Source: an uncultured delta proteobacterium (GTDB taxonomy: Bacteria; Myxococcota_A; Polyangia; Polyangiales; Polyangiaceae). Taken from it: DNA of 64,000 nucleotides. The stretch is from contig CAWJCS010000006.1 in NCBI GenBank assembly GCA_963841435.1, positions 1,632,001 to 1,696,000 of the forward strand, in the 5' to 3' direction. The stretch's first letter is position 1. Every line of letters starts with the position of its first letter. Below are positions 10,957 to 23,193 of the stretch, one piece after another. The notes beneath the pieces are model-generated. The model saw only the letters and a list, made by a program, of their open reading frames with translations, was not told the origin of the DNA and did no database searches. The position numbers and the translations under genes are program-made.

Positions 10957-11115
10957 CGCTGAAGCGCGGCCTTCTTCTTGGGGGTGTTCGGGGGCATGGG
11001 GAAGATCACCCATCCGAAAAAGCGACGGGTCTGGGGGATTGTCCGGAAGCGGCGGCAGGGGCCGAATTCCTAGATTGGGAGACACAGCGCCCGCGTGGGC
11101 GCGCAGGAGGTCACC

Positions 11116-12345
11116 ATGTCGAATCCCAGCTTCCAAAGCGAAACCATCGCCGAAGAGGGCACCGCGCTCAGGGCGCTCGCTCCCACCCCGGTCGCCGAGC
11201 GCGTCGAGACCATCGTCATCGGAGGCGGACAGGCCGGGCTCTCCGTCGGCTACCACTTGCAGCGACGCGGCGTGCGCTTCGCCATTCTCGACGCCGAAGA
11301 GCGCGTCGGCAACGTCTGGCGCAGGCGCTGGGACTCGCTCAGGCTCTTCACCCCGGCGTGGCTCGACAGCCTGGACGGCATGCCCTTCCCCGCCCCGCCC
11401 CACTACTTCCCGACCAAGGACGAGATGGCGGACTATCTCGAGTCCTACGCACGTCACTTCGAGCTTCCCGTGCGAAAGCGAACCCGCGTGGTCTCACTCT
11501 CGAAAGGTCCGTTCGGCTACCGCGTCGAGACCGATCGCGGTGTCTTCGAAGCAAGCACCGTCGTCATCGCGATGTCGAGCTATCAGCGGCCGAAGATCCC
11601 CGCCTGGGCTCGCGAGCTTCGCTCCGACATCGTCCAGATCCACACGAGCAACTACGAGAATCCCGACGCCTTGCGACCGGGCGCCGTGCTGATGGTGGGC
11701 GCCGGCAACTCGGGCGCGGAGATCGGCGTCGAGCTCGGGCACGCCGGGCATCCGGTCGTGCTCGCGGGCCGCGACACCGGCTCCGTGCCGTTCCGGGTCG
11801 GCGGCTTCTGGGGTCGCCTCGTGCTCGCGCGCATCGTTTTGAGGCTGGTCTTTCATCGCCTGCTCACGATTCGCACCCCCTTCGGCCGCAAGGCGCGCAA
11901 AAAGATGCTCCACCAAGGCGGCCCGCTCATCCGCCAGAAGCCCGACGACCTCCGGGCGGCAGGCATCGTGCGGGCGCCGCGCGTCGTCGGCGTCGAAAAC
12001 GGGCAGCCGAAGCTCGCGGACGGCAGCGTCGTCGAAGTCGCGAACGTCCTCTGGGCGACGGGCTTCGAGAACGGCCTCGATTTCGTGAAGCTCCCGATCT
12101 TCGACCAACACGGCGACCCCCGCCACGATGGCGGCGCGGTGTCCGGCCAGCCAGGCCTCTTCTTCGTCGGTCAGCACTTTCTCTACGCGCTGTCGTCCAC
12201 GATGATCCATGGGGTCGGTCGCGACGCCGAGCGCATCGCTGGCGCAGTCATGGAGCGCGCCGGCGAACGCTCACTCGAGCGCGAGAACGGGGCGTCGCGC
12301 GAGGTGGCGCCGCCACCCGCCATGCAGCGGCCCGCTCGCCCGTGA
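11116..12345 (+). CDS. Flavin-containing monooxygenase (class B, CzcO-like)
   Basis: AGGAGG RBS; GGGQAG FAD motif, WDSLRLFTP, HTSNY, VGAGNSG NADPH motif, WATGF. Confidence 0.88.
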   Translation: MSNPSFQSETIAEEGTALRALAPTPVAERVETIVIGGGQAGLSVGYHLQRRGVRFAILDAEERVGNVWRRRWDSLRLFTPAWLDSLDGMPFPAPPHYFPTKDEMADYLESYARHFELPVRKRTRVVSLSKGPFGYRVETDRGVFEASTVVIAMSSYQRPKIPAWARELRSDIVQIHTSNYENPDALRPGAVLMVGAGNSGAEIGVELGHAGHPVVLAGRDTGSVPFRVGGFWGRLVLARIVLRLVFHRLLTIRTPFGRKARKKMLHQGGPLIRQKPDDLRAAGIVRAPRVVGVENGQPKLADGSVVEVANVLWATGFENGLDFVKLPIFDQHGDPRHDGGAVSGQPGLFFVGQHFLYALSSTMIHGVGRDAERIAGAVMERAGERSLERENGASREVAPPPAMQRPARP

Positions 12346-12558
12346 GCGCCCATGTGAAGCACGCGACGATGGGCGAACCCCGCGTCGTTCGGGACCGAGC
12401 GGAGCTTCCGATGAGTCAGGTCGAATCGGGAACGGGCGCACCGGACGGATTTGAAGCACGGGTGGAACTGGCGCAATGCGAGCCATTTGCTAGGTCTGGT
12501 CCCACCAAGCAGGCTGTAAAATTGGAACGTCGCCACTACCGCGACCGACTGCTCCGCC

Positions 12559-15500
12559 ATGCCCAACCGACTCCCACTCACCCGTCATCTGCGGTTTCTC
12601 GCGCCTTGCTTGGCGCTTTTCATCGCATTCGCATGCAGTGGAAAGCCGGAAGTGGCGTTGCCTCCGAGCCACACGGGTGGCGCGGCGGGTAGCGGCGGCA
12701 GCAGCGGGCGCGGCGGGAGCGGGCTCGGGGGCAGCGGTGGCACGATCACCTTCGGCGGTGCCGGCGACAACGAAGGCGGCGCGGCGGGCGATCGACGAGG
12801 ATCCGTGCGCGGTCGCGGATCCGCCGCCCGAATGTTTCGAGCTCGAGCCGTCGGGCCCGGCCTGCGGCGACGGCGTCATCAATCAGGCCGACGAAGAATG
12901 CGACGACGGCAACAGCCTGCCCGGTGACGGTTGCTCGGGTCGCTGCGTCGTCGAGCCGTACTTCGAGTGCGACGAGCCCGGAAAGCCCTGCAGGAGCACG
13001 ATCGCCTGCGGCGACGGCACGCGCGATCCAGGCGAAGTTTGCGACGACGGCAACACCGAGAGACGACGGCTGTAGCGCCGATTGCCTGTCGATCGACGCA
13101 AGCTACGCGTGCCCGACTCCCGGCGAGCTCTGCATCCTGCTCTACGAGTGCGGCGACAAGCGCGTCAACGGCAGCGAGGAATGCGACGACGGCAACCACG
13201 GTAGCGGCGACGGCTGCAGCTCGCGCTGCAAGGTCGAGACGGGGTACACCTGCCCGCGACCCGGCGACCCGTGTACGCCGCGCGTCGTGTGCGGCGACGG
13301 CAAGCGCGAAGGGCTCGAGCAGTGCGACGACGACAACACCGACGGCGGCGACGGCTGCTCGGCGCAGTGTCGAATCGAGGCTGACTACTCGTGCACGGGG
13401 GCCGTCGGCGAGAAGAGCACGTGCAAGAGCCTGATCGTGTGCGGCGACGGGATCCTGAGCACGGGCGAAGCGTGCGACGACGGAAACACCGACGACGGTG
13501 ACGGCTGCGCCGGCGACTGCTCCGGCGTCGAAACCGGCTACGGCTGCGCGCGACCCGGCTTCGCCTGCCGCGCCATCTGCGGCGATGGGCTCAGGCGTGG
13601 CGCCGAGCAGTGCGACGACGGTGCCCTCATCGACGGCGACGGCTGCGACCACCTCTGCCACATCGAGGACAACACCGTGTGCACCGGGGGGCCGAACGCC
13701 CCTTCGACCTGCCACACCGCGACCTGCGGCGGTGGGACGGGCAAGGAAGGCACCGAGCCCTGCGACGACGGCAACAACGACTGGGGCGATGGTTGCACCC
13801 CGGCTTGCACCAAGGAGCCGAGCTGCACGAACGGGCAAGCCTGCACCTCGGCCTGCGGCGACGGCATCAAGTTCCCGAACGAGGCGTGCGACGACGGCAA
13901 CAACACCGACGGCGACGGCTGCTCCGCGAGCTGCAAGATCGAACAGGGCTACTCGTGCACGACGGCGGGCGGCACGCCGGATCTCATCTCGCTTGCCATG
14001 GTGCTCCGCGATTTCAAGCGCGGCGCGCCGTACAGCGAGCCGAACGACCCCGGGATCACGACGGGCCACACCGACTTCGAGTGGGCATCGTTCGGCAACG
14101 GCGACCCCGACGCCAACGTCGCCGACAACTGGACGAACTACCCGACGCTCCCCGGTGTCGGCGACGCCTTCACGGGCGGCCGCAACGGGAACATCGTGGC
14201 GCAGAGCGTGCTGCTCGGCGGCAACGGCGGGAACGAGTACGGCTTCGTCGCGAGCGCCCTCGGCGTGGACAAGAAGCCCGCCTTCGCCTTCGTCGACCTC
14301 GACGGCGGCGGCGACTGCCCGCTGCCGTTCGGCGCGCTGATCCGCAACAACCAGGGCTTTTGCGTGCGGCAGGTGCAGAACGCGAACAGCTTTTTCAGCT
14401 GGTATCACGACGTCAACGCGCTCAACAACACGTACCTGCGCTCGCTCCCGATGCAGCACTGTGTGGCGCCGTTCGCCGGCGCGTGCACCGGGCAGACCGC
14501 GAACACCTACGTGTACGACAGCGACTTCACGCGCGCCGACGGCACCGACTATCCGACGCCCGGCACGGGTTACAAAGGCTTCTGGCCGCTCGACGACGTC
14601 GCGAACGTCCAAAAGTACCAGCAGTGCAACATCTCGGGCCAGGGCACGGCGCCGAGCCACGATTTTCACTTCACGAGCGAGGTGCACCACTGGTTCCGCT
14701 TCGACCAGGCCGCTCCGCCCACGCTGATCTTCACCGGCGACGACGACGTGTTCGTGTTCATCGCCGGCACGCTCGTGCTCGATCTCGGTGGCATTCACGG
14801 CCGCGTTCAGGGCAGCGTCGTGCTCGACGCCGCCGGCAACGCCGTGACGACGCGGCCCAACGCGAACGGCGGCGGCACCCAGACCCAAAACATCGCCCTC
14901 GGCCTCGCGAACGGCTCGGTTTACGAGATCGTCGTCTTCCAGGCCGAGCGCAACACCTGCGAATCGAACTACCGGCTCGCCCTGCAAAACTTCAATCTGC
15001 AGCGCTCCACTTGCACGCCGATCTGCGGCGAGAACCCCGACATGACCGTGACGGTCACGCCGCCGGAGGAGTGCGACGACGGCAACGCCAACACCTCGAC
15101 GCCGACGTACGGCGGCTGCACGGCCGGCACCTGCACGCTCGGACCGTACTGTGGCGACAAGATCAAAAACGGCCCCGAGGAGTGCGACGACGGCTCGAAC
15201 CGCGCCGTCTGGGGCCAGTCAGGGTGTGCGCCGGGCTGCAAGAACCCGCCACGTTGCGGCGACGGGCGCATCGATGCGGCGTTCGAAGAGTGTGACCTCG
15301 GGTCGGGCAACACCGACGACGGCTACGGGGGCTGCACCAAGAGCTGCACCATCGGCCCGTACTGTGGGGACGGGCACGTGCAAGCGCCCGAGACCTGCGA
15401 CGACGGCGTCAACGACGGGCGCTACGGCAGCTGCCTCGAGGATTGCAGCGAGGGGCCGCGCTGCGGCGACGACATCGTGCAAAAGGAGTGGGGCGAAGAG

Positions 15501-15869
15501 TGCGACGACTCGAGCGACCCGAACTGCTCCAACTGCCGACTCGGCGCGCAGTGCGGCGACAAGGTCGTGCAACCCGGCGAGGATTGCGACGATGGCGTCA
15601 ACGACGGCGGGTACGGCGAGTGCGGCCCCGGTTGCAAGACGGGGCCGCGTTGCGGCGACGGCGTCGTGCAGACGAGCCACGAGCAGTGCGACGACGGTGA
15701 CAAGGGCAATACCGGTGGGTACGGCCAGTGCGCTCCCGGTTGCGTCTACGGCCCGTACTGCGGCGACGGCAAGACCCAGAAGCCGTACGAGGAGTGCGAC
15801 GACGGCAACAAAAAGAGCGGCGACGGCTGCAGCCCCGCCTGCAAGAAGGAAGTGGTCATCCCGAAGTGA
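12559..15869 (+). CDS. Large lipoprotein with ~16 myxobacterial Cys-rich (DUF4215-type) repeats flanking a fibro-slime domain; two apparent frameshifts (~12790, ~13062)
   Basis: Lipobox FIAFAC in ORF 12559; CGDG..E.CDDGN..GDGC repeats continue across three frames; fibro-slime motifs RDF..HTDFE, HDFHFTSE, FTGDDDVFVFI, DLGGIH, FQAER. Confidence 0.85.
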
Positions 15870-15916
15870 CGGGGCCGGCGCCCGACGCCCCGAGCGGGTG
15901 CTCGCGCCCTTGCGGC

Positions 15917-17368
<1,452 letters not shown>

Positions 17369-17733
17369 GCCGGGTTCCCGGACGCGACGACGCAGGGCGC
17401 GTCGCGTACCCCAGAGGATACTACGGAGATAGCCCGCCGCCCTGCTCGCGCAAGAGATCCGCGATCCGCTACCCCCCCCGCGAGTCGGCGGGGCCGTCCC
17501 GGGCCGCGGAACCTCGGCCGCCGCGCAGCTGTGCAAAACGGATCGGTTCGGGCGCGCCATTTTGCGCGCCACTTATGGAAAAGCCGGGGCGAGGCCCGGG
17601 CCGCCGCGTGCCGCTGAACGCGGCGACGAGGCGAGAAATACCCCAAAAGGGGACCCGTGGGAGAGCTCGCCCGACCGCCCTGCCCTGTTCCTGGTCTAAC
17701 CTGCTACGCTAGAGGATCGTACCGAGAGCCGAG

Positions 17734-20205
17734 ATGAGCGACTCGCGAGAAGGGCCCCCGCCGTCCCGGGAAGACGACGAGAGCGACCGGCGGACGACCG
17801 GGAGGCGCGCCATTGCCCCCGAGGGCCGCCCCCGGAGCCCCATCGCCTCCCGCACCCAGGAGGCCGGCGAGCTCTGGGCCGGCAAGTTCGAGATCACCGG
17901 GGAGCTCGGCAGCGGAGCCATGGGGCGGGTGCTGCGCGGCTTCGACACGAAGCTCCGGCGCGAGGTCGCCATCAAGGTCACCAAGGTGCCGCGTGGGCAG
18001 ATGCCCCGCGACGAGCTCGCCCGCTTCGTCGAGGAAGCCCAGATCACGGCCCAGCTCGAGCACCCGAACGTCGCGCCCGTCCACGACCTCGGGCTGTCGC
18101 CCGAGGGGCACGGTTACTTCTCGATGAAGCTCGTGCACGGCCGTTCGCTCGAGGCCATTCTCGACGCGAGGAGGGCCGGCGACAGCGCGACGCTCGCGCA
18201 GTTCGGCCTGCGCCGCCTGCTCGACGTCTTCCAGCAGGTCTGCCAGGCGATCGACTACGCCCACTCGCGCGGCGTCGTGCACCGCGACCTCAAGCCCGCC
18301 AACATCATGGTCGGTGACTTCGGGGAAGTCTTGGTGATGGACTTCGGCGTCGCCAAGCTCGTCGAGTCGGCGGGCGGCGTCAGCACCGAGGTCGAGGACG
18401 GCGGGGAGGTCGCGAGCGGCGAAGTTGCACCCTCCACACCAACGCCCGGCGTCACTTCCGTGCGCACCATCACCAAGGCCTGGGAGACCCAGTCCGGCAC
18501 GATCGTCGGAACGCCCGAATACATGGCGCCGGAGCAAGCCAAGGGTGTCGCCGTGGATGGCCGCGCCGACCTGTACGCGCTCGGCGTGATCCTCTTCGAA
18601 ATCCTCTGCGACCGCGTGCCCTTCGAGAACGACGATCCGCGCTGTACGCTGGTCGAGGTCGTGAGCAAGCCGCCGCCACGACCGAGCGATTTGCACCCTG
18701 GAACCCCGGCCGCCCTCGAGGCGCTCACGCTACGCCTGCTCGTCAAGGATCCCGAGCACCGCACGCTCTCGCCCGCCCAGGTGCGCGCGCACGTGCAAAA
18801 CTACCTCGAGGGAGTCGCGCGAAAATACGATCGCGATCCGCTCTGGAGCGGGGTCGCCTGGAGCGGCGGCGCCCTGCTCACGTTCGCGTTTTTGGTCTGG
18901 TACCTGACGGGACAGTCGATCGCGAAGGTGTTGACGCTCGGCCCGCCCGCCGTGCTGAACGCCATCGGCTGGTTCTTGCTGGTGCTCTCGGTCGGCTACC
19001 CGCTCTGGGCGGGCGCGACTGCGTTCCGCCTGAGCCGCGAGGAGCCGGACCCGTTCCGCCCGCCTCGGCCGAACGAGCTCTTCGTGTCCGGATTCCTTTC
19101 GTATCGCACCTTCGCCGCAGCGCTCGCGCCAGTTTTCCAGCTCGTCTTCATCGTCGAGCTCCTCGTGCTCGCGTACGTGCAGGTACGGCGCGGGGCGCTC
19201 GCTTCCGTCGAAGCCGTGCGCCTGGTGTCGCTGCAGATGCGCGCCGAGTGGTCGGAAGCGCTGATCGTGATCCTGGTCTTCCAGTTCGCCTACCTTTTTC
19301 TCATGACGGGCGAGGTGCGCTTCGCGCGGCGCATCGACCGCCACGAGCTCCTCGTCACACGGCCGCGCTGGGAGTCCGTGTGGCCGTTCTTCCTCGTCGT
19401 CGTGCTTTTATCGACGGTCGTGACGACGCGCGTCCTCGACTTTGCCCTCGGAACGCGCGTGCTCGATTGGCAAGCCTGGCTCTTGCGGGAGCTCTGGCCG
19501 CTGTCGCTCGATCTCGTCAACATCGGCAAGACGCTGGTCTTCCAGGGCACGTTCCTGCTCGCGCTGTCGTCGCTCACGCTCGTGGCCGCGTACTCCTTCC
19601 CCGAGCTGCTCGCCGCGCTGCGCGCCCCCGCTCAGCCCGCCGACGCCGCGTCGGTCACGAGCCGATCCCAGTACTTTTTGCGCTCGGTCGCCACGTTCCG
19701 CACGGCGCGCGCCGTCTGGCTCTATGGCGGAGCGATGATCGGCAGCCTCACGGCGATCCGCATCCTGTCCGGCGCCGGCGAGCAGCCCCTGCTCGTGACC
19801 ATTCTCTACATCCTCGGTCCCTCGGTGATCGGCTTTATCGGCTACACGATGCTCCGGCGCGCCACGCTGCGTTACGTTTCCGAGGAGCCGGCGCTCGCGC
19901 ACATGCTCGAGGAGCAGCTCGCGAAGGCGCGCGATGTGCAACGCCAGGCGAACCTTGCGGCGCTCGAGAGCGCACCGCGCCGCTATGCCTGGCTCGGCCT
20001 CGCTGCTCCGGTGGTGTGCGTGGCGGGCTACGTCGTGTGGCTCGGAAGCCGCGTCGGGCTCGAGGCGGCCCAGAGCGCGGTGCTGCCCGTCACCACAAAG
20101 GACTGGCTGCTCGTCCTGCCGTACGTGCTGCTCTTTCCCGTACTGCCGACGCGCGATCTCGTGCAGCGCTGGTTCTTGAGGCGGCGCGCGGCGGCCCGCG
20201 GCTGA
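17734..20205 (+). CDS. Ser/Thr protein kinase fused to a multi-pass membrane domain
   Basis: GSGAMGRV, VAIK, HRDLKPAN, DFG, GTPEYMAPE; many hydrophobic helices after about residue 370. Confidence 0.9.
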   Translation: MSDSREGPPPSREDDESDRRTTGRRAIAPEGRPRSPIASRTQEAGELWAGKFEITGELGSGAMGRVLRGFDTKLRREVAIKVTKVPRGQMPRDELARFVEEAQITAQLEHPNVAPVHDLGLSPEGHGYFSMKLVHGRSLEAILDARRAGDSATLAQFGLRRLLDVFQQVCQAIDYAHSRGVVHRDLKPANIMVGDFGEVLVMDFGVAKLVESAGGVSTEVEDGGEVASGEVAPSTPTPGVTSVRTITKAWETQSGTIVGTPEYMAPEQAKGVAVDGRADLYALGVILFEILCDRVPFENDDPRCTLVEVVSKPPPRPSDLHPGTPAALEALTLRLLVKDPEHRTLSPAQVRAHVQNYLEGVARKYDRDPLWSGVAWSGGALLTFAFLVWYLTGQSIAKVLTLGPPAVLNAIGWFLLVLSVGYPLWAGATAFRLSREEPDPFRPPRPNELFVSGFLSYRTFAAALAPVFQLVFIVELLVLAYVQVRRGALASVEAVRLVSLQMRAEWSEALIVILVFQFAYLFLMTGEVRFARRIDRHELLVTRPRWESVWPFFLVVVLLSTVVTTRVLDFALGTRVLDWQAWLLRELWPLSLDLVNIGKTLVFQGTFLLALSSLTLVAAYSFPELLAALRAPAQPADAASVTSRSQYFLRSVATFRTARAVWLYGGAMIGSLTAIRILSGAGEQPLLVTILYILGPSVIGFIGYTMLRRATLRYVSEEPALAHMLEEQLAKARDVQRQANLAALESAPRRYAWLGLAAPVVCVAGYVVWLGSRVGLEAAQSAVLPVTTKDWLLVLPYVLLFPVLPTRDLVQRWFLRRRAAARG

Positions 20206-20247
20206 GCGGGGTTCTCATGCCCCGTGGACCTGGTACCCTGCCGGCCC

Positions 20248-21048
20248 ATGTCGAACGCACGCCCGATGGTCATGCCGTTCTTGGTCGGAATGTTCGCCCT
20301 CGCGGCGTGTGACAAGACCGAGCCGCCGGCGGAGGCTACGACCACACCGAGCGCGACGCCGGCGGCCGTCCCGACCCCGGCCCCCACACCGAGCGCGGAG
20401 GCACCTCCCCCCGCCCGTCCGAAGAAGAAGCTCGCCGATTGCCCCGCGGGCAACGAGGTCGCGGTCGAGGACACCGCCATGGAGCAGGAGCTCCGAAAGA
20501 AGCTCGAGAAACCGAGCGGCGCGATCACGAAGAGCGATCTCAAGCGCCTTCGCTCCCTCAACCTCTCGCAGCTCAAGGACCTGCACGAGCTCGACCCCTG
20601 CCTGTTCACGCCCATGACGGGCCTGAAGGAGCTCTTCCTCGGCACGGGGGACTACGACGACCTCTCGCCAATCGCGGGCGCCAAGGGGCTCGAATCGCTG
20701 CGCGCCTCGATCAATCAGGTCAAAGACATCGCACCCCTCGAGAAGCTCACGAAGCTCGACCGCCTCGACCTCGGGCGCACGCAGGTGAGCGACCTCAAAC
20801 CGCTCGCCGAGCTCACGAGCCTGACGGAGCTTCAGCTCGACGACACGCCCGTCGAGGACCTGTCACCGCTCGCCGGGCTCACGGCGCTCGAGACGCTCAG
20901 CATCAAGCGCACGAAGGTCAAGGACGGCAGCCCGCTCAAGGGGCTGAAGAAGCTCAAGTTCCTCTACATCGGCGGGAGCCCCCTCGACGACGACCCGCTC
21001 ACGATCGGCCCCGTGCGCGCGAACGGCGCGAAGGTGATCAGCGACTAG
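20248..21048 (+). CDS. Leucine-rich repeat (internalin-like) lipoprotein
   Basis: Lipobox FALAAC, Pro-rich linker, ~22-aa LRR units (LxxLxLxxTxVxDLxPL). Confidence 0.85.
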   Translation: MSNARPMVMPFLVGMFALAACDKTEPPAEATTTPSATPAAVPTPAPTPSAEAPPPARPKKKLADCPAGNEVAVEDTAMEQELRKKLEKPSGAITKSDLKRLRSLNLSQLKDLHELDPCLFTPMTGLKELFLGTGDYDDLSPIAGAKGLESLRASINQVKDIAPLEKLTKLDRLDLGRTQVSDLKPLAELTSLTELQLDDTPVEDLSPLAGLTALETLSIKRTKVKDGSPLKGLKKLKFLYIGGSPLDDDPLTIGPVRANGAKVISD

Positions 21049-22181
21049 AGATTCGAGCCTTTTCTCGAGGCCTGTTCACCCACGGGAAGGTCGAGGTCGG
21101 CGCGGGCTTTCGACAGCGCGACGGGCGGGGGTCGAACGCTGACGTGGAGCCCACACTCGCGCTGGGTCGCCTCTTCCCACCACCAGCGACCCGCGCGCTC
21201 GTGCTCGCCGGGGCGCATCGCGCGCGTGCAAGGCTCGCAGCCGATCGACACGAACCCCTGCGCGTGCAGCGGATTGGTCGGCGCGCCGTGCTTGGTCAGG
21301 TATGCCCAGGTGTCGGAGAGCGTCCAGTTCGCGAGCGGGTTCGACTTGAGCAGCGCGCCCCCGGGTCCGCCATGCACGGTGTCGAGCTCGAACTTCTCGA
21401 CGTCGGCTCGTGTCGGGCTCTGATCGCGGCGTTGCCCGCTGATCCAGGCACGATAACCGATGAGCGCGCGCCCGAGCGGCTCGACCTTGCGAATCGCGCA
21501 GCACTGGCCGTGTCCGTCCTCGTAGAAGCTGAAGAGCCCCTTCTTGCGCACGAGGGCTTCGACGGCGACCCGCTCTGGGAACACGAAGTCGATGTCGACC
21601 TTGTAGTGGGTGCGCACCTGATCGATGAAGCGATAGGTCTCCGGGTGAAGGCGTCCGGTGTCGAGGGTGAACACCGAGAACGGGTAGCCCGTCGCGCAGG
21701 CCAGATCGATCAGCGCGACGTCCTCGGCGCCGCTGAAGGCGATGCCTGCGGCCTTGCCGTAGCGCTCGAGCAAGTAGGCGATGACCTCCCTCGGCTCCGC
21801 GCGAACGAAACGCTCGTTTAGTGCGGCGACCTCGTCGGCGTCGAGCTTCGTCGCCGCGCCGTTCTCCGCGCCTGGGGCGCCGCTCGTCGCGGGCAAAGGA
21901 CCCGAGGCGGCGGCAGGCGCGAGCCGATGCGAAATCAGCTCGAGCACGCTCGTGAAAAGCTCCTCGCGGCGATCGTCCCGCACGATGAAAAAGGGCGCGA
22001 GCATCACACCCCGCGAGCGGGCGAGCGCCATGCCGGGCGATTCGGGGTCCGCCTCGCGGGCAAGGACGACCTCGTCGATGAGCTGCCAGAGGCCGCGGCG
22101 GCGGAGCAGGGCTTCTGCCTGAGCGCACTTTTGGCACGGGCTACCGTCCAGAAGCTCCTTCTTGATCATCGTGACGTGCAT
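21045..22181 (-). CDS. cysH: APS reductase (CysH family, 4Fe-4S type) with an N-terminal CxxC domain
   Basis: FSGAED, LDTGRLHPETY, CC..RKVEPL, SIGCEPCT, ECGLH; an extra ~90-aa N-terminal domain with CQKC. Confidence 0.9.
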   Translation of the reverse strand: MHVTMIKKELLDGSPCQKCAQAEALLRRRGLWQLIDEVVLAREADPESPGMALARSRGVMLAPFFIVRDDRREELFTSVLELISHRLAPAAASGPLPATSGAPGAENGAATKLDADEVAALNERFVRAEPREVIAYLLERYGKAAGIAFSGAEDVALIDLACATGYPFSVFTLDTGRLHPETYRFIDQVRTHYKVDIDFVFPERVAVEALVRKKGLFSFYEDGHGQCCAIRKVEPLGRALIGYRAWISGQRRDQSPTRADVEKFELDTVHGGPGGALLKSNPLANWTLSDTWAYLTKHGAPTNPLHAQGFVSIGCEPCTRAMRPGEHERAGRWWWEEATQRECGLHVSVRPPPVALSKARADLDLPVGEQASRKGSNL

Positions 22182-22306
22182 CGGGGACCCAGGTCTTTGG
22201 GGGTGTTCTAGGCTACCGGAACGGAGGGGCAAGGCCCATGCTTCGGCCCATTTCCCGCCCCCCGGCTTGCGGGACCCGCGCTCTTCGGCTAAAGACCGCC
22301 GGCCCC

Positions 22307-22465
22307 ATGGCGAATCGCGCGATTTGGAACGTTCGACGGCGACACGAATGGCTCGCTACCCCGCTCAAGGGCAAGCGCCTGAAGCGGCGCAAGCGCCTGC
22401 GCATCGGCCTCCAGCAAGCCATGGATCGCAAGCAGCAGCCCGCCGAGCCCGCCGCCGAAGGCTGA
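22307..22465 (+). CDS. Small, very basic hypothetical protein (52 aa)
   Basis: ATG-initiated, GC3-rich codons, fills the gap between cysH and the next gene. Confidence 0.5.
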   Translation: MANRAIWNVRRRHEWLATPLKGKRLKRRKRLRIGLQQAMDRKQQPAEPAAEG

Positions 22466-22511
22466 GCCCGGAAGTTGGCCCCGAATTGTCGGGGCTGATA
22501 GCGGCCAGGCG

Positions 22512-23054
22512 GTGGTGCGCTCCGCCTACTCGCCGCTCCTCGTGCTCGCTCTCGGGGCGAGCGGTTGCCTGAACTGGGGCAAAGTCGACGATGCGAAGGT
22601 CCCCGGTGACCTGCTCGGGACGTACGACGTGTCGGCCAAGCTCGAGCGCTCGACCTGCGGCGACGGCATACTCGGCGCGAGCGATGCGTGGCGCTTCCAG
22701 GTCAAGCTCTCGCGCTTCGAGAACGACCTTTATTGGTTGAACGGGCGCGAGGCCATCGTCGGCAGCATCGAGCGTGACGGTCGATCCTTCAGCTTCGAGA
22801 GCGGCGTCCAGGTCCCCATTCCGCCCGAGGCGGGTGGCGACCCCGACTGCACCGTGCGCCGCGACGACCATGCGAGCGGCAAGCTCTCCAACGAAGGCGT
22901 CAACGTCGAAAGCTTCGAGGGCTCGCTCACGTTTTCCTATCGTGCGCTCGACGCCGCGAGCTGCGAAAGCTGGCTACTCACGCCCGATGCCCCTGCCCGA
23001 CTGCCCTGCGACATCGAGTACCAGATGAGCGCAGAACGAAGCTCGAGCGAATAA
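22512..23054 (+). CDS. Hypothetical lipoprotein
   Basis: Lipobox LALGASGC; paired cysteines; GC3-rich codons. Confidence 0.7.
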   Translation: MVRSAYSPLLVLALGASGCLNWGKVDDAKVPGDLLGTYDVSAKLERSTCGDGILGASDAWRFQVKLSRFENDLYWLNGREAIVGSIERDGRSFSFESGVQVPIPPEAGGDPDCTVRRDDHASGKLSNEGVNVESFEGSLTFSYRALDAASCESWLLTPDAPARLPCDIEYQMSAERSSSE

Positions 23055-23193
23055 CAGAGCGCGCCACGCGGGCGGCACGTGGCGAGAGCAGAGCGCGGGG
23101 ACCGGTCGAGGGAGCCGCCCGGGTGGGCCGAGCGGCCGAATCGGGCGCGGAGAAAAGCGGCCAACACGCGGTGGAATGGGACGGCGCGCTCGT

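Noticed and set aside
8206-12500. Genomic island downstream of tRNA-Pro
   Set aside because: No integrase and no duplicated tRNA-Pro 3' end was found.
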